This document shows positions 16,661 through 24,718 of a stretch of DNA of 64,000 nucleotides, one piece after another. The translations under genes and the position numbers were made by a program. The notes under the pieces are model-generated. The model had not been told where the DNA came from. It searched no databases and was given only the letters and a program-made list of their open reading frames with translations. The DNA comes from an uncultured Planctomycetia bacterium (GTDB lineage Bacteria; Omnitrophota; Gorgyraeia; 1-14-0-20-64-10). Numbering within the stretch: position 1 is the first letter of the stretch; each line of letters begins with the position of its first letter. The DNA lies in assembly GCA_964597545.1 (NCBI GenBank), contig CAZQXN010000002.1, positions 88,234 to 152,233 of the forward strand. Direction: 5' to 3'.

Positions 16661-18622
16661 ATGAGCCTTCCCAAGTTTGACATCGTAAAGGCCTTGGAGG
16701 AGGCATCCTCCAGTTCAGAGCTTGTCTGTGGCGTCAGATCCGCCAAGAAGCGGACGGCACTGTTAGGCGCCAAGCCGGCCGCTTTACGCAAGGCAGGCTT
16801 TAAACCCCTGACCCCAGCCCAGATCAAAACCCTCAAAGCCCAGGGCAACGCAGCCCAGGACTGGAAGGAGATCTGGGTCGGCTCCGGTTTTGACCCGAAG
16901 CGTGTTCGGCGCTCATCCTTTGCGGGGCCGGTTCTCTTGGAGGCGGCCTCCGGGACCGTCAAGGTCGAGGGGGTAACCTTTCCCAGGGGGCTGTCCCATG
17001 CGACCCTCTCCCACTGCGTGGTGGGCAAGAATGCCCTCATCCAAAATGTCCGGCTTTTAAACCGGACCGTGGTTGAGGAGGGGGCAGTGCTCTTTGATGT
17101 GGGGACGGTCACCAAGGGCAAGCGTGATACCTTTGCCAACGGCCTGGAGGTGTTGGTTGCCGTAGAGACCGGCGGGCGTGAAGTTCCCCTCTTTGCGGAG
17201 CTGACCGTTGACGGGGCTGAGGTGCTCTCTCGCTCCCGCGCAGACAAGGCCCTTTTGGCCGGTTACCAGGAACGGCTGGACAGCTACGTCAAGAGCGTCA
17301 CCTTGCCCTTCAATGTGATCGGCAAGGGGGCTTGCGTGCTTCATACCCCTCGCCTGCAAGATGTCTTCTTGGGAACGGCCGCTGTCATTGACTCTGCCCA
17401 GCAGGTGGAGGATGTGACGGTCTTAAGCAACGAGGAAGAGGCGACCGAGATCTCTCAAGGGGCAATTGTGAAGTCCTCCATCCTCCAGTGGGGTTCTGAA
17501 GTGACCTCCGCTGCTTTGGTGGATTCCTCCCTCTTAACCGAGCACTCCCATGTGGAGCGCAAGGGGTTGGTGACCCATGCGATTTTGGGTCCCAACACCG
17601 GTGTGGCCGAAGGAGAGGTGACCTCAGCCCTATTGGGTCCCTTTGTGGGTTTCCATCACCAGTCCCTCTTGATTGCGGCTCTCTGGCCTGAGGGCAAGGG
17701 CAACGTCGGCTACGGCGCCAACATCGGCTCCAACCACACCGCCAAGGCTCCGGACCAGGAGATCTGGCCCGGGGAGGGAACCTTCTTCGGGCTGGGGGTG
17801 AACATCAAGTTCCCCTCGGACCTGACAGGATCTCCCTACACCATCATCGCCAGCGGGGTGAGCATGCTGCCGCAGAAGGTGGAGTTTCCCTTCTCCCTCA
17901 TCAACACGCCTGCGGTGACGCAGCCTAAGCTCTCTCCGGCCTACAATGAGATCATGCCGGGCTGGGTCCTCTCGGACAACATCTACATGGTCAAAAGGAA
18001 CGAGGGCAAGTATCAGAAGCGCAACAAGGCCCGCCGCTCCAAGTTTGTCTTTGAGGTTTTCCGCCCCGAGGTTGTGGATCTGATGAAGGATGCCCGAAAG
18101 CGCCTTGAGGTCAAAGAGCCCCAAGAGGCGTATACCGGAAAGCAGATTGCTGGTCTTGGCAAGAATTACATGTCAGAGCGCAGCCGCCAGAAGGGGATCG
18201 AGACCTACACCTTCTACATCGGTTGCTATGCCCTCTTGGGACTCAAGCGGCAGTTGGAGGCATTCGTCCACAAGGGTGAGACTTCCCAGATTCCGGGGAT
18301 TCTCGAGCGCAAGAGCGACTGCGCCCGCTGGGAGCATGAGCGGTTGATCCTGGCCGAGGAATTCTCTGGCAAGGATCTCAAAACCCTGCTCATGGATCTG
18401 GTGGAGCGACAGGAGAAGATTGCCGAGCAAGTGCAAAGCTCCAAGGAAAAGGACGACCGCAGGGGCGCTGAAGTGATCTCCGATTACACCGAGGCGCATC
18501 CCCCCGCATCCGAGGACGGCTTTGTCCAGGAAACCCGAAAGGCCACCGACACCCTCAAGCAGGAGGTCCAGCGCCTAGAGGGCATCATTCAAGACCTCTC
18601 CGCACAAGCAACAACCACCTAA
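16661..18622 (+). CDS. 653-aa protein with left-handed beta-helix (hexapeptide-repeat-like) segments and a C-terminal coiled coil. Function unknown.
   Basis: Repeating short beta-strand periodicity ('GKNALIQNVRLLNRTVVEEGAVLFDVGTVT', 'GVAEGEVTSALLGPFVGFHH'). C-terminus 'LKQEVQRLEGIIQDLSAQ'. No catalytic assignment is possible from the sequence alone. Confidence 0.35.
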   Translation: MSLPKFDIVKALEEASSSSELVCGVRSAKKRTALLGAKPAALRKAGFKPLTPAQIKTLKAQGNAAQDWKEIWVGSGFDPKRVRRSSFAGPVLLEAASGTVKVEGVTFPRGLSHATLSHCVVGKNALIQNVRLLNRTVVEEGAVLFDVGTVTKGKRDTFANGLEVLVAVETGGREVPLFAELTVDGAEVLSRSRADKALLAGYQERLDSYVKSVTLPFNVIGKGACVLHTPRLQDVFLGTAAVIDSAQQVEDVTVLSNEEEATEISQGAIVKSSILQWGSEVTSAALVDSSLLTEHSHVERKGLVTHAILGPNTGVAEGEVTSALLGPFVGFHHQSLLIAALWPEGKGNVGYGANIGSNHTAKAPDQEIWPGEGTFFGLGVNIKFPSDLTGSPYTIIASGVSMLPQKVEFPFSLINTPAVTQPKLSPAYNEIMPGWVLSDNIYMVKRNEGKYQKRNKARRSKFVFEVFRPEVVDLMKDARKRLEVKEPQEAYTGKQIAGLGKNYMSERSRQKGIETYTFYIGCYALLGLKRQLEAFVHKGETSQIPGILERKSDCARWEHERLILAEEFSGKDLKTLLMDLVERQEKIAEQVQSSKEKDDRRGAEVISDYTEAHPPASEDGFVQETRKATDTLKQEVQRLEGIIQDLSAQATTT

Positions 18623-18626
18623 GCCT

Positions 18627-18675
18627 GGTACCGGGTACAAATGCTCTTTTTGAGTGTACCCGGTACCGGTTTTTT
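18627..18675 (+). terminator. Perfect 13-bp-stem hairpin (ggtaccgggtaca-N15-tgtacccggtacc) followed by a T7 run. It is a Rho-independent terminator for the upstream gene and also the left REP-like element flanking the RAYT gene.
   Basis: Arms 18627-18639 and 18655-18667 are exact reverse complements. 'ggttttttt' follows immediately, 5 nt after the stop at 18622. Confidence 0.75.
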
Positions 18676-18708
18676 TAGTGCATAGATTGCATTATTAGCA
18701 TACAATTT

Positions 18709-19281
18709 ATGGATATGGGAAGGCAACATCGAATAGTAAGCGAGACTGGCTGCTACCATGTTGTCGCGCGCGGCAATAGCCAAAAAGCGGTCTTCCGGCA
18801 GAAGCAAGATTACTGGGCGTATCGCCATCTCTTAGGGGAATATGGGAGGCGCCATGCCGCACAGATCTACCACTATTGTTTAATGAGTAATCATATCCAC
18901 CTGGCGCTGCGCATTGAGAGCCTGAAGCAGCTTAGTCAGATGATGCATGACGTGCAACGTGCATATTCCCGGCATCGCCAGATGCAGGATCAAGTAACCG
19001 GACAATTGTGGCAGGGGCGGTTCCAAAGCTACCCCATCAATGATGAAAACTATTTTTTGGCATGCGGGCGCTATATTGAACGTAACCCCATAGAAGGTGG
19101 ACTAACAGCCGACCCAGGAAATTATCCTTGGTCAAGCTATCGGTTTTATGCGTATGGCGTAAAGGACTGGATTGTAGTTGCTTCGCCGCTCTATGCAAGT
19201 ATGGGCAGGGTGCCCCAGGAGCGTCAGAGTGCCTATCGCACCTTCATTGACAATGGTACCGGGTACAAATGCCCTTTTTGA
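18709..19281 (+). CDS. IS200-like / REP-associated tyrosine (Y1, HuH) transposase
   Basis: 'YHVVARGNSQKAVF', HuH motif 'CLMSNHIHLAL', 'YIERNPIEGGL...YPWSSY' (catalytic Tyr region). The annotated 3' end reads into the right hairpin, so the true stop may lie slightly upstream or the hairpin is translated. Confidence 0.7.
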   Translation: MDMGRQHRIVSETGCYHVVARGNSQKAVFRQKQDYWAYRHLLGEYGRRHAAQIYHYCLMSNHIHLALRIESLKQLSQMMHDVQRAYSRHRQMQDQVTGQLWQGRFQSYPINDENYFLACGRYIERNPIEGGLTADPGNYPWSSYRFYAYGVKDWIVVASPLYASMGRVPQERQSAYRTFIDNGTGYKCPF

Positions 19282-19305
19282 GTGTACCCGGTACCGGTTT
19301 AGGGG

Positions 19306-21378
19306 TTATTTCCAGTGGGAGGACCAGAGCAGCCAGATCCGGGAGTCTTGGGTCCGGACGTGGTCGTTGTCCCGGTCCTTGTCGTAACGGTATTCGCCGT
19401 TGAGCTCCAGGCGCCACTCGTCAAAGACGTCGTAGCCTAAGCTCAAGCGGGTTGCCAGCAGGGGGCGCTGGGCCAGGTCCGAGTCAAAGTCAGCCAGGTG
19501 CAGATAGACCGAAGGGGTGGCCGACCACTTCCGGCGCTTGTCGCGGCTCAGCTTCCGGTAGGGCCAGATGAAGTTGGCCCCGAAGGAGTGGCCCGTGGCA
19601 TGGCGCAGGTTGCTCTCGGTGGCCGGGACCGGGTCGATGAGCTTGCCGTCCTGAAAGGTGTAGTTAAGCCCGGCAGAGGCGTTGGACCAGAGCCTCAAGG
19701 AGCCCGACGCATTGACCTCGTGCTGCAGGCCGTGGTGCCGGGTCTCATTGAACAGCTCATCGAAGAATTCATAGCGGTACCGGGCGGAGAGGAGCGCCCG
19801 CTTGAATAAGGGCAGGGCCAGGCGGGAGCCGACGGTCCAACGGATCTCATCCTCGAAGGCGGTGCCGTTTTCATGCCGTTCCTCTTTGAGAGGGTGCTCC
19901 CACCAGTACGTTCCAAAGGCCGACCACTGCAGGTGCCCCAGATGATGGGCCAACTCTGCCCGCAAGTTGGTGGTGCGCACCTTGGAGGGGCGCGTGGCCG
20001 GACCCGGAGAGGAGGTGGTGTCGGTCATGCTTGCCCTCATGCGCGGTTTTGGCCAGCCGGCGGGCACCTTGATCCCGAGGTCTGCGTGATACCATGCCTG
20101 CCGGGTCTGCTCTACGTTGTCCTCATCGTCCAAGTCGTTGCGGTACCAACTGGCAGCCAAGTCCAGATCAAAGGGTCCCAGCGGCGCGAAATTGAACTTG
20201 TGGTGCGTGAACTGCCGGCCGGCGCTTAAGCCCTTGACGTTGTTGACGGCACCCGAGGGCAGGTCTGCCAGGAGCAGGTAGTCGGGTCCGGTGCGCTCAA
20301 CGACGGCGTCCCACTTGATCCACGGCTGGATGAAGGTGGACTGCACCAGGAAGGCAAGGTCCTTGAGTTTCTCGTTGTTGCCGAAGCGGTCTTCCTTCAA
20401 GTTGTCATCGGTCTCGCTGTAGCTCTCGTATGCCTTGACGAACCAGGTGTCGGGGATGAAGGTGATCTCCTGGTTTAAGTTGTAGACGGTGTTGTCGCGG
20501 CGCTTATTGGCGATGTTGACCGCATGGATTCTCCCGGTGTCCCGCGTCTTGACGACACTGGCCCCCAGCCGCACGCGGTCTTCAATGATCTTCCAGCGGC
20601 TGCGCACCCCCATGACGCTCCTGGGGTAGATGTATTCGTCGCGGTCCTCCAGCCAGTAAGGATACCCTCCGTAGAGGGCCTGGAAGTCATGCCGCTCGCC
20701 GGTCAAGAGCAGGTTGATCCCCCTCAGGCGCGAGCTCCTCAAGAAATAATAGCTGGGGAAGGTGGCGGTATCTCCCAACCCCAGATGGGAAGCGCCCTCG
20801 GCGCCGTATTCACCGGGTTTCTCGAAGAAATCGGCCAGGAGGGTCCGGTAGCGCAGGTCGTTGTGGCCGTTCCTAAAGCCCTCCAGGTCCAGGCGGATGT
20901 GCGCGTCGATGCCGTCGCGGCCCTCCATGAAGGCTTCCAGGCGCTGGTTGATCTGCCAGCCATGGCTGTCAAAATCTTGGTCGGACTGTCTGTCGGCGTC
21001 GCGGCGCTGTCGAAGGACCCTCAGGCGCTCATGGATGTGGTGCTTGCGGCGCAGAGCGCGCTCAATCACAAACTCCCTCTCTTGAGGGTTCTGGACTCCG
21101 GCCATGGCACGCTCCACGTACTCCTGGAAGAGGGACTGGCTTTGAGTTTCTTTGGAGAGCTTGCCCAGCTCAGCCAGCGCCTGCTCGAACCGCCCCCTGC
21201 GCATCATGTGATCCACCCGCGCCAAGAGAAGGGTCTCTTGCGAGGTCAGGGGCTTTGCGTAAGCAGGCGGAAGGTTGAGGGTGAAAGAGGAAAGGAGCAG
21301 CAGGCAGCAGGCAGCAGGCAGCAGGCAGGCAATCGCTCCTGCTTTCTGCTTGCCGCTTTCTGCCTCCCGGATTTTCAC
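19306..21378 (-). CDS. Outer-membrane protein with an N-terminal helical (TPR-like) periplasmic region and a C-terminal beta-barrel (PgaA/BcsC/Slam-like architecture)
   Basis: Likely GTG start at 21378 giving the signal 'VKIREAESGKQKAGAIACLLPAACCLLLLSSFTLNLPPAYA'. Helical region 'ETLLLARVDHMMRRGRFEQALAELGKL'. The C-terminal half is rich in alternating aromatic residues and ends '...RIWLLWSSHWK'. The track start at 21651 overlaps the upstream gene and is rejected. Confidence 0.45.
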   Translation of the reverse strand: MKIREAESGKQKAGAIACLLPAACCLLLLSSFTLNLPPAYAKPLTSQETLLLARVDHMMRRGRFEQALAELGKLSKETQSQSLFQEYVERAMAGVQNPQEREFVIERALRRKHHIHERLRVLRQRRDADRQSDQDFDSHGWQINQRLEAFMEGRDGIDAHIRLDLEGFRNGHNDLRYRTLLADFFEKPGEYGAEGASHLGLGDTATFPSYYFLRSSRLRGINLLLTGERHDFQALYGGYPYWLEDRDEYIYPRSVMGVRSRWKIIEDRVRLGASVVKTRDTGRIHAVNIANKRRDNTVYNLNQEITFIPDTWFVKAYESYSETDDNLKEDRFGNNEKLKDLAFLVQSTFIQPWIKWDAVVERTGPDYLLLADLPSGAVNNVKGLSAGRQFTHHKFNFAPLGPFDLDLAASWYRNDLDDEDNVEQTRQAWYHADLGIKVPAGWPKPRMRASMTDTTSSPGPATRPSKVRTTNLRAELAHHLGHLQWSAFGTYWWEHPLKEERHENGTAFEDEIRWTVGSRLALPLFKRALLSARYRYEFFDELFNETRHHGLQHEVNASGSLRLWSNASAGLNYTFQDGKLIDPVPATESNLRHATGHSFGANFIWPYRKLSRDKRRKWSATPSVYLHLADFDSDLAQRPLLATRLSLGYDVFDEWRLELNGEYRYDKDRDNDHVRTQDSRIWLLWSSHWK
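21296..21330 (-). repeat. Heptanucleotide SSR (gcagcag)x4.5 on the plus strand (ctgctgc on the coding strand) inside the signal-peptide-coding region of the outer-membrane protein gene
   Basis: 'gcagcaggcagcaggcagcaggcagcaggcaggc'. It encodes 'LLPAACCLLLL'. The unit is 7 nt, so a copy-number change would frameshift. Confidence 0.7.
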
Positions 21379-22409
21379 GGGTTCCACAGCTCCACGATCA
21401 GATTGGCCGAGTAAGAGCCCTCCACGGCGGTGGCGCCGGCATCGGTGGCCATGTAGACCGTGAAGGGGCTGTTGAGGGTGAAGTCGCCGGTCACGTTGGC
21501 GTCGGCCACAAAGCGGCTGTCGGTGGAGTCTTGCCCGATGAGCCGCCGCCAACTGACGGGGTCTCCGGTCATGTCCACCAGATCCGGCAGGCGGACCCAG
21601 CTGGCGGTCATGACACTGCGCCTGTCCTCCAAGAGCTCGGGGCCGATCCAATAGTCATCATCGTCCACCGAAGGGGGGCCGGCCAGCTGGCCGTCCCAGC
21701 CGGTATCCTGGATGTCGGGCCCGTAGTTGAGCATCCAGAGCTTCATGGGGATGAAGAAACGTCCATCCAGAGAAACCAGGCCTGCCGGTGAGAGGCGATG
21801 CAGGGCGTCCCGAACACCATGAAAGCGGGCGGCGTTGTCGGTGTAGATGCGCACGACAAAGGGCTGATCGGTTCTGATCCGGTTGAAGCGGTAGAAGCTC
21901 CACCGGATTTCAATCGGGGTCGGATGCATGAATCGGCCCGGGGGTAAGGTGCCGAGGTTGAGCGCTTCCGGGAAGACCCTCAAGCTCTCTGTTTCGGTGC
22001 CGATGTGCAGGGGGTATTCTCCGGAGAGCCGGTCTGAGACATCGCCGTTACCGTCATACAAGGGAAAGGTCACCGTATAGTTGCCGGCCGCTACGACATA
22101 GCTGTCGGTCAGGACCCGGGTTTCACCGGCCGGGATTGTGGCGGTCAAAACCGGGGTCAGGGTGCTCTCGACCTCGGTGTCGATGTTGGTCAGGGTGATG
22201 TCCACCTCGGCGAACTGAGCGGTCGACTCATTGTTTCTGACGGTGACGTCAAAGCGGATCGTGTCGGTCGGATGATGATGTTGGTCATAGGAATAGGAGA
22301 CGATCTCCAGGTCAAACTGGGCCAGGGCCGGCGTTGCCAAGAGTCCGATGCAGAGCGCTGCCGCGAAGATCTCCGGCAAGCGGGAGCAGTATGATCGAAA
22401 CCGGCTCAT
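21375..22409 (-). CDS. Secreted protein (344 aa), paralog of ORF 23275..23976. Candidate fibre/subunit protein.
   Basis: Signal 'MSRFRSYCSRLPEIFAAALCIGLLATPALAQ'. 'RIYTDNAARFHGVRDAL..LVSLDGRFFIPMKL' aligns with 'RCYTDNLAFGGVLGAV..LISEDGRFSIPLEI' in the paralog. The C-termini 'SYSANLIVELWNP' and 'TYDTVLYIEIIAAP' also match. Confidence 0.45.
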   Translation of the reverse strand: MSRFRSYCSRLPEIFAAALCIGLLATPALAQFDLEIVSYSYDQHHHPTDTIRFDVTVRNNESTAQFAEVDITLTNIDTEVESTLTPVLTATIPAGETRVLTDSYVVAAGNYTVTFPLYDGNGDVSDRLSGEYPLHIGTETESLRVFPEALNLGTLPPGRFMHPTPIEIRWSFYRFNRIRTDQPFVVRIYTDNAARFHGVRDALHRLSPAGLVSLDGRFFIPMKLWMLNYGPDIQDTGWDGQLAGPPSVDDDDYWIGPELLEDRRSVMTASWVRLPDLVDMTGDPVSWRRLIGQDSTDSRFVADANVTGDFTLNSPFTVYMATDAGATAVEGSYSANLIVELWNP

Positions 22410-23278
22410 GGCGTCACCACCACGGTTTCCTCCTTGGTCACCTCAAAGACAAGCTCCTTTTGGAGCAGCTGAGCCTGGTCTGCCTCGGCTGTGATGACCG
22501 CCTTGTACTGACCGGCATCGGGCAGGGGCAGCACGGTTGGGATTTGGAGCGCGGCCTTGGGCAGAATCGGCATCGATCTACCCAGGGCGGTCACCCGCAC
22601 GACATTGCCCTCAGCGTCAAAGAGGGCCACCGTCCCGGAGGGGCGGACGTGCACGCTGCCCCGGTTGCGCAGGGTGGTTGTCAGCCACAGCAGGGTGGGG
22701 GCCTCTTCGGAGAACTCGTCAAATTCACCGACCTGTTCTCGGTGTTGAGCGGTGAGCCCCTCGATTGAAAGCTCGATCCGCTGGCGCCCCTCGATCATCA
22801 CATAGACCGGAAGGGCCAAGCGGGGAACGATGGAGATGACGCCCTGGGGGCGGTCTTTCTTGTCTGCGGCCGATTGGATCGGCAGCTCATCCACCAGGAT
22901 GGCGGCGACATACTCGGCGGCGGTGTCGCGCGCAATGTTGGCCGGCGGGGTCACGGTGTAGGTGACCTCTGCGGCGGATTCCGGCGCCAGCGTGAAGTCC
23001 GAAGGTTCAAAGGCAATCCACGCTTCTGCCGAGGGCAGGGTGATCCCCGTTTGCAGAAAGCGGTAAGGTCCGGTCCTGATCCGTGCGTTGACGGCAACAT
23101 CTTTTGAATTGGTGATGGAGAGCGTTCCGGTGACCGGTTGATCCGGGGCGAGGACCACTTCCAGGCGGGCGGGCTCAACATCGAGCGCCCAAGCTGCCGG
23201 GGCGCAGAGGAGCAGGGCAATGCCGCAGGTCCCTGCGGCCATGAGAGAGCACCAGCGGGTCGCAAGAGGTTTTTTCAT
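22406..23278 (-). CDS. Periplasmic PapD-like (pilus-assembly chaperone-like / MSP-fold) candidate
   Basis: Signal 'MKKPLATRWCSLMAAGTCGIALLLCAPAAWA'. 'LEVVLAPDQPVTGTLSITNSKDVAVNARIRT' and 'IAFEPSDFTLAPESAAEVTYTV' resemble the two conserved strands of the PapD N-domain. The gene is overlap-coupled to its neighbours. Confidence 0.35.
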   Translation of the reverse strand: MKKPLATRWCSLMAAGTCGIALLLCAPAAWALDVEPARLEVVLAPDQPVTGTLSITNSKDVAVNARIRTGPYRFLQTGITLPSAEAWIAFEPSDFTLAPESAAEVTYTVTPPANIARDTAAEYVAAILVDELPIQSAADKKDRPQGVISIVPRLALPVYVMIEGRQRIELSIEGLTAQHREQVGEFDEFSEEAPTLLWLTTTLRNRGSVHVRPSGTVALFDAEGNVVRVTALGRSMPILPKAALQIPTVLPLPDAGQYKAVITAEADQAQLLQKELVFEVTKEETVVVTP

Positions 23279-23976
23279 GGGGCCGCGATGATCTCGATGT
23301 AGAGCACGGTGTCGTAGGTCCCCCGGACAGCCGATTCAGAGACATCGGTGCGAAGGATGAGGGGGAAGGGGGTTCCAATCGTGATGTCCCCCAACGGATT
23401 GTCGTCCGAGGTGTAGAGCACCTCATCCGGGCCGGCAACCCAGAGAGTATTCCTGGGATCAATCCCCATGAGGATCACATCGCTGTACTCCGCCTCTTGG
23501 GTTTCGTTATTCAGCCGGTACGGGATGTAGCCGGGCTCATTGATGTCGGGGATTCGCCTGAAGACATTAACACCGAAATTCGGGGATTGGATCTCCAGGG
23601 GGATCGAGAAGCGCCCGTCCTCTGAGATCAGACCCGAGGGGTTGGGCGTCCGGACGGCCCCCAAGACGCCGCCAAAGGCCAAGTTATCGGTGTAGCAGCG
23701 CATGATCCAGGGATAGGGGCCGTTGTAGAGCCCCTCCACGATGATCTCCCCGATCTGCTGGCGGCCCGGCTCTGTGACGGTAAAGCCCACCGCTTCGGTG
23801 AAGGTGTAGCCGCCGAAGGATTCCACCGCGGCGGTGATGTACACCTCCTGCTGAACGGTTGCCTCGGCCTCCTGAGGGCAGGGCCTCAGGCCCCAGGCGC
23901 CCAGCGCGATGCCGGCAATCAACAGGAGTTTCACAATGGGTGCGGGACGGTTCACGATGAATGATTTCATAGCCAT
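23275..23976 (-). CDS. Secreted protein (233 aa), paralog of ORF 21375..22409
   Basis: Signal 'MAMKSFIVNRPAPIVKLLLIAGIALGAWG'. The paralogy was read directly. Its stop overlaps the chaperone-like gene start by 4 nt. Confidence 0.45.
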   Translation of the reverse strand: MAMKSFIVNRPAPIVKLLLIAGIALGAWGLRPCPQEAEATVQQEVYITAAVESFGGYTFTEAVGFTVTEPGRQQIGEIIVEGLYNGPYPWIMRCYTDNLAFGGVLGAVRTPNPSGLISEDGRFSIPLEIQSPNFGVNVFRRIPDINEPGYIPYRLNNETQEAEYSDVILMGIDPRNTLWVAGPDEVLYTSDDNPLGDITIGTPFPLILRTDVSESAVRGTYDTVLYIEIIAAP

Positions 23977-24629
23977 CCTTTCGCCTGCATGGTTTTCTCA
24001 ATGTCCTCAAAGGTTTCAAAGGGAAGGGTGGTAATGCCCTCCTCCTTACACCAACAGCTCAGCTCATCCTTGGCAAAGGTGTGGGTCGCTGCTTTTGCGG
24101 GGCAGCGGTCGGTGACGCCGTTGCCCACGAAGAGGGTGGTATAACCCTGGTTGTTCCAGGTGCGGATGGGGTCGGCCTTGCAGTGCCCGCAGTCGTGGCA
24201 ACTTTGAGACGGATACGGAAACTCCACCTGCCAGGTGCCGTTGACGCGCGCAATCTTATTGGCCAGGTACGGTACCGGCCACAGGCCGGATGCGCGCATG
24301 ACCGCCTCCACGCAGAGATTGAAGCCGCCGCTTAAGAGCACCACCGGAATGCCTTTGGTCTGCATCCGCTTGAAAAAGGCTGGGAAGGCAGGGTCAAGCT
24401 GCACATCTTCCTTGAGCAGCGCCTCAAGCTCTGCTTGGTTTGCGCGAACTGTCGCCATCTCCTGCTTGAGACCCTCCCGAATGGACAGCGCTCCGGAAAC
24501 AACGCGTCCTTGGATCTCTTTCCAGCCTGGTGCCCCGTAGCGGTTTAAGATCTCCACCAGGGTGTCTTGCCGAGTGACCGTTCCATCAAAGTCACAGGCA
24601 ACCAGTATGCCAGATTCCATCCCTGACAT
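23967..24629 (-). CDS. HAD-superfamily phosphatase of the MtnX type (2-hydroxy-3-keto-5-methylthiopentenyl-1-phosphate phosphatase family)
   Basis: 'ILVACDFDGTVT' (DxDGT nucleophile motif), 'LSIREGLK', 'VLLSGGFNLCVEAV', the Cys cluster 'SCHDCGHCKADP' and 'FVGNGVTDRCPAKAATHTFAKDEL' are collinear with B. subtilis MtnX ('ICDFDGTIT', 'LSIKEG', 'ISGGMDFFV', 'HSCKGTC..CGCCK', 'IGDSVTDVEAAK..FARD'). Confidence 0.6.
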   Translation of the reverse strand: MSGMESGILVACDFDGTVTRQDTLVEILNRYGAPGWKEIQGRVVSGALSIREGLKQEMATVRANQAELEALLKEDVQLDPAFPAFFKRMQTKGIPVVLLSGGFNLCVEAVMRASGLWPVPYLANKIARVNGTWQVEFPYPSQSCHDCGHCKADPIRTWNNQGYTTLFVGNGVTDRCPAKAATHTFAKDELSCWCKEEGITTLPFETFEDIEKTMQAKGWL

Positions 24630-24718
24630 TATCCTGGACTTTTCAAAGCCTTGTCAATCTTTTCAACTCAATGGTAGACTAGGATTTTCGTGAGAAGGCC
24701 GGAAAAATAACCTGATCC

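Larger units (their letters stand above)
18627..19294 (+). mobile_element. REP-associated tyrosine transposase (RAYT) unit: an IS200-like Y1 HuH transposase gene flanked by two same-orientation copies of a REP hairpin, with an AT-rich leader
   Basis: Hairpin copies at 18627-18667 and 19254-19294 are identical except for one loop base. Between them lies an AT-rich stretch 'tagtgcatagattgcattattagcatacaatttatgg' in a ~62% GC background, followed by a HuH-motif ORF. Confidence 0.7.

Noticed and set aside
18676-18708. A sigma70 promoter for the RAYT gene in the AT-rich leader
   Set aside because: The region is AT-rich with several hexamers resembling -35 and -10 elements, but none has 16-18 nt spacing. 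Only the AT-richness is reported.
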